A DNA stretch of 64,000 nt from Eledone cirrhosa (GCA_964016885.1 OZ024744.1:97340001-97404000); one strand, 5' to 3'. Counted from the stretch's first letter, positions 1-13,423 are shown. Notes: a model not told the origin generated them from the sequence alone. A program made the numbers and translations.

Positions 1-273
1 TAGAACATGTTTATATAAAAGCACCTACGTACGTTTCGCCCGAAAAGGGCTTCTCAAAGACATACAAATCTAGAGAGTGTTCAGTACAGAACCCAGAAGG
101 GGTTTTAAGATGATAATCAACCATGTCTGTTTGAATCAAAAATGAACTTTGATGTGATTATCATCTTAAAACCCAATCTGGGTTCTGTACTGAACACTCT
201 CTAGATTTGTATGCCCTTGAGAAGTCCTTTTCGGGCGAAACTTACGTAGGTGCTTATTATATAAACATGTTCT
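1..273. repeat. Fold-back inverted repeat (arms ~1-119 / ~155-273), Penelope pLTR-type cassette with a hammerhead-like motif in each arm
   Basis: Arms are near reverse complements. Minus arm reads TTGAGAA-gccc-ttttc-gggc-GAAAC-gtac-GTA. Related copies at ~60911-61055 and ~63115-63200. Confidence 0.75.
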
Positions 274-729
274 AACAGTCTATATTCTCCTTTGTAATCC
301 TTTCATTTGTAACCGCTCTGCTTATATTCTCGCCCACTAAATATTAACGCTTCCGATATTTAACCCTGTAGGCACAAGTATTGAGCACAAATGCACCAGC
401 TTTTGGCAACTAACTATATGTATCGCTTATCCCTTTAAACCTCTACTCTCTCACAATACTAAACTATTCTATATAGATAGATAGATTAGATAGATTTCTT
501 TATTTGCCACAAGGGCGCACAAGAAAAGGGAACAATACAAAGACATGCCGGGGATTTTACAATCATACGTGTAAAAAATATAAAACAAACAATTACAACA
601 ATCGAAATCCCCAATAGGGGGGAAGCACGACAAATGGGTTGTTTAATACCCCGTCGATAGAACAACCCTCAGCTCCAGGAGCGTGTTGTTCAAGTGCTCC
701 TTTCTTCCTTTTGCTCTCTTCTTTAACCT

Positions 730-3700
730 ACAGGCTTATAAAAAGAGAAGGCCCAATCACTCGAGCCATTTTCGCTTCATTCGCCCACCTTTACTGGGGT
801 GCAGTGCCACTCTCTGCACTCTGATTCTCCTTCTAAAGTGATACTTAAAGAAGGGAATCAATTGTTGTCCGGAAAGAAAGGCATCTGTCCTCAGTCCTCT
901 CAATCTCGTCCACCATATAACTTCTTTCACCATAGCCACTGTACAGAGGAAAACCGCCCCTCTTTCGTTTTTGAAAGAGGCTGGCGGTTTGATCCTTACT
1001 ATGGAATCGGCAGTCAACTGGATTTGTCCCATACGCGACAACAGTTGTTCTGCGTAGTTCCACAGGTCGCTTACGCCCGGGCAGTGTACAGTTGCGTGCA
1101 GGACTGTTTCAATGTCCTGCGCACATCTTGGACACGTCCTCTTGGAAGGATTCCTGCCGGGCATCCGTGCCTGTAGATCTTGTCACGAACCGGTAGAGCT
1201 CCTCGGTAGCACTGCCAGGCCAGGGACCTCTGGAAGTTGTCAATAGGTCCCAGGCGGAAAGTCCTACCAAACAGACTGGTGAGCTCATCGTCTTCGACGC
1301 CCAGAGTCTATCTGAGCACGTCGTCGCCCTTGTAACGTACAATACCTCTATAGAATGTCGAAGTGGAGTCTCCACTGATTGCTGTGCCCGCTTGCCAGAG
1401 GACTGTGAGCGCCTGAGCGCATTCAATGTGCCAGGCGCCCATCGTTTTCGGTCTTTTCTTGACCCAGGACTGCAGCTCCGTCAGCGAGACGAGCTGTGGG
1501 AAAGCCTGTCTCACAAACGGTGCCCACACTGGTTGGAGGTCGGTGAGGAATACCTGGAGATGCCGCAGCCTCAGCGCATGTTTGCGCATCACCCGCCACG
1601 GCATTCCCAGCCCTCCGTTGGAAGGGTGCTGACAGCAGACGGATCTCCTCACCAGCGGAGCCTGCTTCTTCCACAGAAACTGGAAGAGCATGCGTTCCAT
1701 CTTGGCGAGGTGTTCACGAGGACAAGGCACGACAGTCGAGCGGTAGTAGATGACGGACGCTATGAAAGTGTTCGTCACCTCCGCTCGACCTTTCAAGGAT
1801 AGTTTGCACTCTGCCCACTTCTGGGGAGTGTAAACACCTTGGCCGTGACCTCGTTCCAGTTTTTCTCCACCTGGAGGTCTGGACCGAACCAGACCCCGAG
1901 CAATTTCACCGGTCCCTGCGTCCAGCGTTCAACGACGCTGTCGGACGTCATCGGTTTGCCTCTCCACGTACCGAGTTGCAAACCGACAGACTTGTCCGGG
2001 TTTAGTTTTGCTCCCGTCAGCGTTTTGTATTCTTTCAGTAAGTTGCCGATCTCCCCGATTTCCGAGGTTTTCGACACCATTGCTGTAACGTCGTCGGCAT
2101 AAGCCGACGCCGATTTGCGCAGTCTCGGTTCTAGTGGGATGCCCTGCAACAGCTCCAATTTCCGCAGTAGTGGCTCTAGAGTCAATACATACAGAATGGG
2201 GGAGAGAGGGCACCTCTGTCGAATGGAACGTGTGATTGCGAACGGCTCCGATAGGTAGCCGTTCACCTTGACCTTGGTGTGCATCGCCTCGATCCAGCCT
2301 TTGAAAACGGGACCGAAACCGGCCGCCTTGAGAACCGCTTCCAAGTATCGATGGTCGACCCGATCGAATGCCTTAGACTGATCCAAATTGATCAGCGCCC
2401 CACCGAAGCCGGGTTTACTACCCACCCTCTCTATGATGTATCGCATGAGGTGGGGGTTGTCGTGTATGGACTTGGTCGGGATTGCACACGTTTGCGCTTT
2501 CCCTACCAGGTTCTCGACGACAAGCGCCAACCTCGTCGATAGCACCTTGGCCAAAATCTTTAACTCTGTGTTGAGCAGAGTTATGGGCCTGAAGTTGTTA
2601 ATTTCGTCCCCCTTGTTCTCGTCTTCCCTGATCAGCGTTTCTACGCCCTTGCCTGCAGAACTGGGAATTCTCCCGTTCTGCTGCCAATTGCAGTAGACGG
2701 CTTCGAGGACACCTGAGAACAAGTCCGGCATGCCTATGTAAAACTCGTAGGGTAGACCATCTAGACCGGGTGACTTGCGTTTCCCGCAGCGGCTCAGAGC
2801 GTCCCGTATCTCAGTGTCCGTGATTGGTCTTTCGCAGAACTCGGCGTCCGTGTTCGAGAAACGCGGCAGGCCGTCGAGGTATGAACTAAAGTCCATTGCC
2901 CCGTTCGGCTCACCGTCTTTCTGCTCAAACAGTCGCGCTAAGTACTGCTGAAAGGCCGCGCACATTTGCTTGGAGTCAAGTAGCACGCGTCCGTTTTGGT
3001 CTTTCAAAGACCGAATCGTGGACTTGTTGCCACTTTTTGCCTCCGCCACTCGGGCCCAGCTGACAGCTCTTCGCTCCTTCGTTTGCTAGAGCACGTGTTT
3101 TGCTTCTGACCACGCAGCCTTCGTGTTTCGCATCGAAGAACTCGTCCAGTACCGTTCTTGACGCTAACACTCTAACCGCGTTTCCACTACTAAGTGCCTC
3201 CTCTACCTTGGCTACTAGTTCTCTTTCTATTCTGTTTTTCTTTAAGGCTAACTCTCTGCTATACCCTATCGATTCTATTCTAATTGCTTTCTTGAGAGAG
3301 TCCCACCATCTAATGTTGACGATGGCTCCCGTTAATTGTTGCTTGACTAGTCTACTTCTCCGTTCACTGTAAGCTTTACGTGCCGGCAACGACACGTTCA
3401 GCTTCCAGTATCTGGGTCCCTGTCTATGTATTCTATCACGGTTGACTAAGCAGACGACTAATTTGTGATCTGAATAGGCAACCATGTGCATTCGTGGACA
3501 GCTTAACATCTCATTGTCCCTTTCTCTAATGAAGAACCTATCTAAATACGATCTAGATGTTCCGCTGCGGTTTGCCCACGTCCACTGTGGTGCAGTCGGG
3601 AAATCCAGTCGATACCTATCGGCCAGTTGCAATTGGCCGATTAAAGTTTTGAGGCTGTTGCACCCCTCCCCCTCTACTGGGACATGCTCCCACATAGTCC

Positions 3701-4149
3701 CATCGTGCATCTAGGATACCATTCCAGTCCCCCAGTAAGGAGCGAGACGTTCCCAGAAAAGACTCTAGACGCTTAAAGAAGTCTGGCCGTGATTGCGATT
3801 GCCCAGTCGGGGCATAAACGGCCACCAGTCTGAAGGCTCCACCTCCAATACTGTTCACGTCTAGGACTACCAGTCTACCCTCCGGGTCCACGTGTACTTG
3901 CTGTACTTCGACGTCCAGGTTCTTCCGAAACATGACAGCCACTCCACCTCCACCTCCTGGCTGACAGAGAGATGCGTAGATCTCAAAGTCGTCGAAGATA
4001 TGGGTTAGTTGCTGTCTGTTGTGGATCCTGGACTCGGTGATGGCTATCACATCCATACTGTGTAACCTAAGGTCGTTTAAAAGTTGGCCCTTTTTCCAGG
4101 GCATCCCTAGGCCACGCACATTCAGGCTTCCAACTCGTAAACTAGCCAT
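730..4149 (-). pseudogene. Tx1 copy 1 ORF2 (APE endonuclease + reverse transcriptase + zinc finger), broken by frameshifts
   Basis: Consecutive minus-strand ORFs 3616-4149, 2976-3710, 1793-3049, 1308-1796 and 757-1164 tile APE, RT and CPRC..H..HC domains. Confidence 0.93.
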
Positions 4150-4191
4150 GTTGGTGAAGAAGAGTTAGAGAAAAAGGACGGAAAGGTGCAC

Positions 4192-6217
4192 TTACCTTTT
4201 CGTTTCCTGGAGATCGGGTTGTTCAATCTCCATTTGGGTGCTGGATGGGGTGTTGGGTGGAGTGGCGAAACATTTTAACAGGACGCGGTTGATGGGTTTC
4301 TGGCAGGGATTGCCCACGTCCTGTGAAAATTTATTTTTTAGGTATCTATAGGTCTTCATAGAAACCCTTATAAGTTTAAGGTGTGGAGACGATTCTGCTT
4401 TGACGAGAGTTTTGCCCTCCGTCTCCACCTTGGGGTTTTGGAAGATGACCTCCATCAAACTCTTGTTGTTTGTGTTGATGTATGCGTATTGTTGTTTGTG
4501 TTTTTGTTGTGTTGTTTTAGTTTGTTGTTCGTCCGGGAGTTTTCTTTTTATGGTGGGTGCTTGTGTTTGGGGTGGTGTTGGTGTTGGTTTTGCTGGTAGG
4601 AGGATGTTTTACTGCGGTGTTGTTTGTGTTGTTGTTTGTGTCTGTGGTTGCGTGTTGGAGTTTTCGGGGTTTTGTGGTGTCTCTTTTTTTTGTTTTTTAG
4701 ATTTCCGAGGCTCTCCCTCTTCACTTAAAGAAGGCGAAGCAGCCTCATCTGTCGATGAATAATCATTGTCAGGAGTGTGGGGTAGGGGTATGTTGTGTGG
4801 TGGTGGTGTATCGGTGTGTGTGTTTGTGGTAGGGTTTGATGGAGTGGGATGGGGTGGGGCTGTGTTCTTCAGGGGTGTTGTCTGTGTTTTTTCTGTTGTT
4901 GGTTGAGTGGCTGTTTGTTTTGGTGTGTTTGCTTGTTTCGTGAGTTGTTGTTGTTGTGGTGGTGGTTGTTTTGGTGTTGATGTTGGTAACAATCTTTTCT
5001 TTTGTATTGTTTTGGTTAAGCGTGTTTGTAAAGGGCAGGAGGCCTTTATGTGTATGGTGCTATTGCAACGAAAGCAATGTGGTTTTCGTCCCTCAACTGC
5101 AAATTTTATGTGGCTGTTGTTGTCCACCAACACTTTTTCTGGTACTTTGGAGATTCTTTCCGGGCTCATTTGCACCAGAATCTCCAAATTTGTACCAAAC
5201 CAGGTGTGTCTGGTTGACTTTTTGCTGGAGAGAATAGTGTCTTTTCTCTCCTCTAAAAATCCTGCCAATATCCACCAAATATTAATATTTGGTGGTATGT
5301 TTGAAACTCTAATTTGTTGTGTCCTGGGAAGGTATGTATGGAAAAAGGTGTATTTTTGTGACAGTATTGGCGTCACTGAATATCTTTGTGCAAGGGCCTC
5401 GCTTTTGAGGAGTAGCGAAATACTCCCGTACTGTTTGGCCCTCTGCATAAAGTCAATGTCTGGCAATATCTTTATTAAGGTTGCCTCAATTTCCCCTTGA
5501 CTGAGGAATGTTGGTCGTTTTGTTACATTTGAAAAAGTTCTGAAGGTAACTGTCCTTCGAAATGTTTCCAGACGAATTTCTGGTGGTGAGTTTATCTGAA
5601 ATCCCCCGTTTTCACCGAAAGTGATAAACTCCTTTGCTTCAGAGAGCATCTGTTTCGCATTGGAGATATCGAGATCCTTGAATTCTTGTGTCTTGATGAC
5701 TGTTTGCGCAAAAGTTTTTTTGGTGTTGTTGTTGTTGTTGTGGTGGTTGTTGGGTTTTCCGTTTGTAGTTGTGTCAATGGTTTTATTTTCTGTTGTTTTT
5801 TCCGTCTGTTGTACTATGTGTGGCTCGATCTTGTTTTTATTTTTGTTGTTCATATTGGTTTCCATGGTGACGCCAATACATGCGGAGTTAGAAGTAACGT
5901 TATTATTATTTGTGACTGTTTCTGTATAAGTTATTTTGTTGTTGTTGTTGCTGTTGCTGTTGTTGTTGTTGTTGTTGTCGGGTTTTCCGTTTGTAGTTGT
6001 GTTAATTGTTTTTTCTGTTGATTTTAGTGTGTGTTGTATACTGTGTGGTTTACTGTGCGATTCAATTTTGTTTGTGTTGTCTACTTCACTTTCGTTACAT
6101 AAAACTTTGTTGTTAACTACCTCGATTCAGGCAAAATTTTTAGCAACGTTAAAGTCTATTTCTTCTTTTCTTTTTCCTTCTTCAACGCTCGTTCGCGTTC
6201 TTTGTACGTTTGCCATT
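4192..6217 (-). pseudogene. Tx1 copy 1 ORF1 (Gag-like, zinc knuckle CFRCNSTIHIKASC), disrupted
   Basis: ORFs 4609-5865 and 4192-4458. CX2CX4HX4C motif and Thr/Asn/Pro-rich linkers. Homologous to ORF1 of copies 2 and 3. Confidence 0.85.
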
Positions 6218-6442
6218 GCTGATGGCAAAATGTTAAACATTTTTAAACAGTTTTCAAATTAATTTCAAATAAAATTTTCGCCCCTTTGGGAGCGAAAAAA
6301 TGAGATTGCCACCCAGCTGTCAATTCAGCCTGGGAGTTAATCTACAAAACAATGTGTTTTTTTAAACAAGAATTTCTGTTTTTTGTAAAAAAATTGACAA
6401 AAACTTACCAGCAAAATTGTGTGCGTCCAGCTACCAAGAGAA

Positions 6443-6512
<70 letters not shown>
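6443..6512. repeat. (GATA)n microsatellite between Tx1 copies 1 and 2
   Basis: Direct reading. Confidence 0.98.
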
Positions 6513-6751
6513 TTCTTTATTAGCCACAGGGGCACAAAAGAAGGGGACAAATACAAAGGGGGAAGTTTACATACAATAAAAACGTGTAAAATGTTATCAC
6601 AAATGGAATTTAAAAAGTTAGTCGATTTTCCCCAATAGAGGGAGACAGTTTATATGGGTAACACATACCCCCGAAAAAAAATGTGCAACCCTCATCTCCA
6701 GGAGTTACGAAGAGTTTGTACTCCTTTCCTCTCCTCCTCCTTTTCCTCAAC

Positions 6752-9700
6752 CTACAGGCTGATATAGAGAGAAGGTCCATTCACTCGGGCCATTCTCGCC
6801 ACTTTCACCCACCTTTCATAAAACTTGCTGGGGTACAGCACCTCTCTCTCCATCCTGATTCTTCTTCCAAAGTGGTATTTGAAAAAAAGAATCAGTTGTT
6901 GGCCGGAGAGAAAGGTGTCTGACCTCAGCCCTTTCAACCTTGTCCACCATACAACCTCTTTCGCCATAGCTATCACACAAAGGAAAACCGCCTCTCCTTC
7001 GTTTTTGAAGGAGGGTGGCGGTTTGATCATGACAATGGACTCGGTGGTCAACTGGATTGGTCCCACCCGCGACAATAGTCGTTCTACATAGCCCCACAGG
7101 TCAGTGACGCCCGGGCAGTGTATGAATGCGTGCGCGACGGTTTCTTCGTCTCGCACGCACCTCGGACAGATCTTTTTTGCAGGGTCCCTGCCCGGGCGCC
7201 CATGTCTGTAGAGCTTGTCTCGAACTGGTAGAGCTCCTCGGTAGCACTGCCAGGCCAGGGACTTTTGGAAGTTGTCCATCGGTCCCGGGCGGAAGGTCCT
7301 ACCGAACAGACTGGCCAGTTCATCTTCCTCTACGCCTAGAGTTTCACCGAGCGCGTCGTTGCACTTGCTGCGGACCAACCCTCTATAGAATGACGAAGTG
7401 GAGTCTCCACTGATCGCCGGGTCCGCCTGCCAGAGGACTGTGAGCGCCTGAGCACATTCGATGTGCCAGTCGCCCATTTTCCTCGGTCTTTGCTTGACCC
7501 AGGACTGCAGCTCGGTCAGCGAGACGGTTGTCCGGTGAGGAATACGCAGAGATGCCGCAGCCTGAGCGCGTGTTTGCGCATCGTCAACCACGGCATCCCC
7601 AGCCCTCCGTTAGAAGAGTGTTGGCAGCAGATGGATCTTCTCACCAAAGGAGCCCGCCTCTTCCAAAGGAATCGGAAGAGCGCGCGCTCCATTTTGGCGA
7701 GCGTTTTGGCTGGACAAGGCACGACGGTCAAGCGGTAGTAGATGACGGACGCTATAAAAGTGTTCGCCACCTCCGCTCGACCTTTCAAGGATAGTTTGCA
7801 CTCGGCCCACTTCTGGGTGAGTGCAAACACCTTGGCCGTCACTTCGTTCCAGTTCTTCTCCACCTGGAGGTCCGGACCAAACCAGACCCCGAGCAGCTTT
7901 ACCGGTCCTTCCGTCCAGCGTCCGACGACGCCATCGGAAGGCATCGGTTTGCCTCTCCACGATCCGAGTTGCAAACCGATGGACTTGTCCCGGTTCAGCT
8001 TCGCTCCTGTGAACCTTTCGTATTCCTTCAGTAAGGTGCCGACTTCCTCGATTTGCGAGACGCTCGACACCATTACTGTCACGTCGTCGGCGTAGGCCGA
8101 CGCCGCTTTCCGCAGTCCCGGTTCCAGAGGGATGCCCTGCAATAACTCCATCTTCCGCAGTAGTGGCTCGAGAGTCAGTACGTACAGAAGGGAGGAGAGA
8201 GGGCATCCCCGTCGAATGGATCGCGTAATATGGAACGGCTCTGAGAGGTAGCCGTTCACCTTGACCCTTGAGCAGATGTTGCTGTTGTGCATTGCAGCAA
8301 TCCAGCCCCTGAACACGGGTCCGAAGCCTGCCGCCTCGAGCACCGCATCAAGGTAACGATGGTCAACCCTATCGAAAGCCTTAGACTGATCCAAGTTAAT
8401 CAGGGCCCCCACCGAAGCCGGGTTTACACCCTACCCTCTCTATGATGTATCGCATGAGGTGGAGGTTGTCGTGTATGGACCTGGTCGGGATTGCGCATGT
8501 CTGCGCTTCTCCCACCAGGTTCTCGACGATAAGCGCCAGCCTCTTTGCCAACACCTTGGCCAAAATCTGTAACTCTGTGTTTAGCAGAGTTATGGGCCGG
8601 AAGTTGCCTATGTTATCCCCCTTATTCTCGTCCTTCCTGATCAGTGTGACCACGCCCCCCGGTTACGGAACTGGGAATTCTCCCGTTCTGTTGCCAGTTG
8701 CAGTAGACCGCTTCCAGGAGACCGGAGAATAAGTCCGGCATTGCTACGTAAAATTCGTAGGGTAGACCGTCGAGACCTGGAGATTTGCGTTTGCCGCATT
8801 GGCTCAGTGCGTCCCCTATCTCAGCGGCTGAAATCGGCTTTTCACAGAACTTTGCCTCGCTGTCCGAGAGTCGCGGCAGGCCGTCGAGGTATTGACCGAA
8901 ATCCATAACCTCTCCCGGCGCGCCGCCCCTCCCGAACAGTTGAGCAAGTGCCACTGAAAAGCCGCACACATCTGCTTCGGCTCACGTATCACGCGTCCGT
9001 TTTGGTCCTTCAAAAACCGAATCGTGGACTTGTTCCCACTTTTTGCCTCCGTCACTCGGGCCCAGTTAACAGCTTTGGCTCCCTCGTTTCCCAGAGCATA
9101 TTTTGCTTCTGACAACGCAGCCCTCGTGCTTTGCGTCGAAGAACTGGTCCAAGGCCGTTCTCGTTGCTAGCACGCTGGCTACGTTGCCACTTCTAATTGC
9201 CTCTTCTACTTTATCTACCAGTTCCTTCTCGGTTCTATTTCTATCTAACGCTAATTCTTTACTAAAAACTATCGAATCTAATCTAACTGCCCTCTTGAGA
9301 GAGTACCACCATCTGTTGTTGGCAATGGCTCCTGTCAAGTGCTGTTTAACTAAAGTGCTAATCCGTCTACTGTAGGCTTTGCTTGTCGGTAACGACAAGT
9401 TCAGCTTCCAGTAGCCAGGTCCTTGTCTATGGGTTCTATCAAGGTTGGCTATGCAGGTCACTAGTTTGTGATCTGAATAGGCAACCATGAACATTTGTGG
9501 ACAGCTTAACATGTCCCTATCCTTATTTCTAACTAGAACCCTATCTAGGTACGATCTAGATGTTCCGCTACGATTAGTCCACGTCCACAGTGGCGCAGTC
9601 GGAAAATCTAGTCGATATCTATCGGCCAGGTCAAATCGGTCGATTAACTGTTTGAGGCTGTTACACCCCCCTTTATCGGGACATGCTCCCACATAGTCCC

Positions 9701-10148
9701 AACGTGCATCTAGGATTCCATTCCAGTCCCCCACTAAAAGCAAGGAGCGGGACGTTCCCAGAAAAGTCTCTAGACGTTTGAAGAAGTCTGGCCGCGGTGT
9801 CCCGGATGGGGCATATGCGGCCACCAGCCTGAAGGCTCCACCTTCACTACCGTCAACGTCTAGGACCACCAGTCGACCCTCCGGGTCCAGACGTACCGTC
9901 TGTGTTACGAGGCCCAGGTGTTTCCGCAGCAAAACGGCAACTCCGCCCCCACCCCCCGGTTGACAGAGAGATGCGTAGATCTCAAAGTCATCGAAGATGG
10001 GGGCCAGCTGTCACTCGCTGTGGATCCTGGACACGCAAATGGCTACCACATCCATACTGTGCGACCTGAGGTCGTTTAAGAGTTTGCCCTGTTTCTAGGG
10101 CATCGCCAGGCCGCGTACGTTCACACATCCAACTCTTATATTGGCCAT
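6752..10148 (-). pseudogene. Tx1 copy 2 ORF2 (APE-RT-zinc finger), frameshifted
   Basis: ORFs 9066-9932, 8816-9115, 8622-8969, 8396-8653, 7516-8412 and 6752-7591 carry APE and RT motifs. Confidence 0.93.
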
Positions 10149-10181
10149 GTTGGTGCTGAAAAGTTAAAAGAGGAAAAGTGA

Positions 10182-12101
10182 TCACTCACCCTTCGTCTCC
10201 TGGGGACCAGGCCGCACGATTTCCATGAAGGTGTTGGAGGGGTTGTCTGGGTGGGTGGTGGTTTCCGGCGGGGTGGGGACGGAAATGTTTGGTGGGGTGG
10301 GGTCTGGTGGGATAGGGGTGTCTGGGGTGGGGAGACATTTGAGAAGGACGCGGTTGAGTGGTTTCACGCAGGAATTCCCCACATCCTTCTCAAATATTTC
10401 TTTTACGGACCTATAAGTTTGTATAGGGACCCTAATCAGTTTTAGGTTCAGTTTTTTGCTATTTTTAATAGAGTGGATGAAAGTTTTCCCTTCGGTTTTC
10501 ACCGAAGGGTCGTTCGTGATGGTCTCCATTAGTGTTTTGTTTTCAGTGTTTATGTAAGTGTAAGTGTAATTTTCTTGTGTTGTGTTTGTATTTGTCTGTA
10601 GTTCTTGTGTGTGCTTTCGTTTTGTTGTAGGTATTTTGTTTTCAGGAGGTGGGGGTTTTGTTTGTGATGTTTTTGTTGTTTGTGTTGGTGGTTTTATGTT
10701 TGTGGTAGTGTTTGCTGGTTTTTTGCTTTTGTGATGTCTTTTCTTTCTTTTTGAGCGATGGGGTTCTCCCTCGTCTTCACTGGGTGATGGCGAGATAGCC
10801 TCATCTGTTGTATCGTCTGTGTGATTGGGGAGGGGTATGTCTTGGGAGCTGTTGTGTCTGTATGTGATTTTGCAGTTGTTTTAGGTGGAGTGGGGTTGGG
10901 TGGAACTGTGTTTGTTGTGGTTATTTTGGTGTGTTGGTGTTGTTGTTGTTGTGGTGGTGTTGGTGGTTGTGTTGTTTTGATGGGTGTCGGCAGAAGAGCC
11001 TTTTTTTGATTCATTAATTTAGGACAGGAAGCCCTCAGGTAACCCCTGCTAAAGCAGTGGTAACATGAAGGCCGCCTACCCTGAACCGAAAAGTTTATGT
11101 AGGTGAGTCCGTCCAGGAGTACACGTTGTGGGATCATAGCTATTCGCTCTGGGCTCATTTGCACCAGAACTTCAATGCTAGTCCCATTGAATACATCTCT
11201 GGGAGACTTTCCTACTGACAGTATTCTGTCTTCATCAAAATTGATAAAGCCACACAGTATTCACCATATGTTCACCTTTGGTGTGACACTCGTCATTTTG
11301 ATCTTTTGTGTCCTTTTTCCCATGTATGTAGGGAAAAAGGTGTACAGGTTGGATACAATTTGCGACACAGAGTAATTTTGGGCCGTCAATTGATCCTTCA
11401 TGAGTACCGAAATACTCCCAAAAAGTTTGCTTCTTTGAATGAATGCAATATCATTCATTGAATTTTTGAAAACCAGTTCAATTTCTTTCTGTGACAATTG
11501 GACTGGTTTTCGGGTAGAATTGGAAACTGTCCTAAAAACTATCATTTGTAGAGCTGTTTCCTTGCGAATTTCTACCGGAGAATTGATGCTGAAAGCACCA
11601 TTTTTTTCGAAAGTGACATATCTCCTAGCATCCTTTAAAAGTTGTTCAGCATTTGTAATGTCGAGATATATCAGTTCCTCCTTTTTTTTTAACTGTCTGT
11701 GCAAAGGAAATTTTTGGTTTCTTTGTGGAATTATCCGTGTTGGTGGTGTTGTCATTATTGTTGTTATTCTTGTTGTCACCGATGTTGATATTATTCGTAT
11801 TTTCCTTGGTGTTGTTGTTGTCTTTGATGCTGGTGTTATTGGTGTTGTCTTTATTTTTTTCTTTGTTGTTGTTATCATTGTTGTTTTTATCATCATTATT
11901 GGTGTTGCTGTTATTTTTGTTGTCATTGAACTGTTTGGTGTCATTTGTGTTGTTTGGATATGAATTTGTTTTTGCATTTTCATTTCGTCTTTCCATCTCT
12001 ATAGTGTCTATTGAGAAGGAAGGGGAAGAATACGATGTTGACTGCGAGCTTTGTAGTCTTACCGCCTCTCCACCACCATTATCGTTGGACGCAGCGTTCA
12101 T
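10182..12101 (-). pseudogene. Tx1 copy 2 ORF1, frameshifted
   Basis: ORFs 11646-12101, 11261-11983, 10694-11164 (CYHCFSRGYLRASC) and 10182-10529. Confidence 0.85.
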
Positions 12102-12317
12102 AACGTAATCAAACTTTTACAATATTTTTTCAAGATTCGATGGAGAAAAAATTTTTCAAACGGATATTTCGCCCCTGTAGGGGCGAAAATGAGTTGACCC
12201 ACCACCTGAAGGTCCAAATGGGGGGTCAAGTTACATAATAATATAAAATTTAACAAAAAACTCACGTTTTTTTCTTACATAAATTAACGGAAACTTCTCC
12301 GCGAAGTGACACACGTC

Positions 12318-12325
12318 TGATAGAG

Positions 12326-12421
<96 letters not shown>
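12318..12421. repeat. (GATA)n microsatellite
   Basis: Direct reading. Confidence 0.98.
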
Positions 12422-12422
<1 letters not shown>

Positions 12423-13041
12423 TGTATTATAATTTCGTATTTCTAAAGAAACACAGTATGTTTGTAGATAAACATTTAGAAAGCCATCGCTATGCAAAAA
12501 ACACCGGGTCTAACGTCCTCTGGTGGTGTCCAGCAGAAGCAAGGAGGACAACCGTCGTTGAATTTCGAACTTAACTGGTCTTCATCAGGGTGATCCCTCC
12601 CACACTTGCGACTGCTGGACTTGAAAACACTCGAGTATATATAGTTTTCTCGTCTGTGTAAATGAGGTGGTTAATCTCATTTGCATATGAAGCTGTATAA
12701 GTTGGCTCAACTTATAATAGTAAAGAATTAGGATTTAGCTTCAGGCATAACTTGATATAGATATATATTTTAATTTCGTTCATATGCAAATGAGATTAAA
12801 CACCTCATTTACACAGACGAGAAAAGTATATATTCTTGACTGTTTTCAAGTCCAGCAGTCGCAAGAGTGGGAGGAATTGTACTGACGAGGACCAGTTAAG
12901 TTCGATGGCGTTAGTCCCGGTGTTTTCTTTTGCATAGCGACGGCTTTCTAAATGTTTATCTATAAACAAACCGTGTTTCTTTAGCAGTAAGAAATTATAA
13001 TACATATCTGTATACAGATATGCCTGAAGCTAAATCCTAAT
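12419..13041. repeat. Inverted-repeat cassette (~12419-12690 / ~12779-13008) with degenerate hammerhead cores
   Basis: Arms are reverse-complementary. CTGACGA-ggac..gttc at ~12882 (+) and CTGATGA-agac..gttc-GAAA at ~12563-12588 (-). Confidence 0.7.
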
Positions 13042-13115
13042 GATATATATATGTGTATATGTTTTTTCAAATTCCAACCCGCCCATCCCCTCAATCTATC
13101 TTATTTCTCATTCTT

Positions 13116-13151
13116 TCTTCTGATGAAGGACTAGCGTCCGAAACGTTAAGA
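13116..13151 (+). ncRNA. Minimal type-I hammerhead ribozyme (PLE type)
   Basis: tctt-CTGATGA-a-ggac-tagc-gtcc-GAAAC-GTT-aaga. Second copy with CTGAAGA at ~62946-62981 in the same ~180-bp repeat. Confidence 0.8.
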
Positions 13152-13255
13152 CCCTCTTCCTGCTGTGTCAAGCGTTAACCTAATATATCCCTTCCATATA
13201 CTGTACAGATTGTGTTGTTATTTCTGTTTCCCTTTTACACACACACACACACACG

Positions 13256-13297
<42 letters not shown>

Positions 13298-13423
13298 GTA
13301 ATAATAATAAAGTTGAAGACTAAAATCCAAAGAGGGCTCGATAAGGATAAATATATATCAAATATATAGGAACCGTAGAGCAAATATTTATTAAAATAAC
13401 AGATTAAAGTGTTATTTTAATAA

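Larger units (their letters stand above)
493..6442 (-). mobile_element. L1/Tx1-clade non-LTR retrotransposon, copy 1 (near full length, frameshifted)
   Basis: ORF1 has a CCHC knuckle. ORF2 has APE (SLNVRGL, GDWN, SDH), RT (KSPGLDG, FRPITLLN, DQSKAFDRV, AYADD) and a C-terminal Cys-His motif. Flanked by (GATA)n on both sides. Confidence 0.95.
6513..12317 (-). mobile_element. L1/Tx1-clade non-LTR retrotransposon, copy 2 (divergent subfamily, frameshifted)
   Basis: Same ORF1/ORF2 layout and the same 3' terminus (..GTGGCTAATAAAGAAATC on minus) as copy 1. Confidence 0.95.

Noticed and set aside
700-735. Plus-strand polypyrimidine + CTACAG acceptor-like site (also 6720-6757)
   Set aside because: It is the reverse complement of the ORF2 stop and purine-rich 3'UTR, with no associated exon.
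799-12108. Many plus-strand ORFs over the Tx1 elements
   Set aside because: Antisense shadows of LINE coding sequence with no independent motifs.
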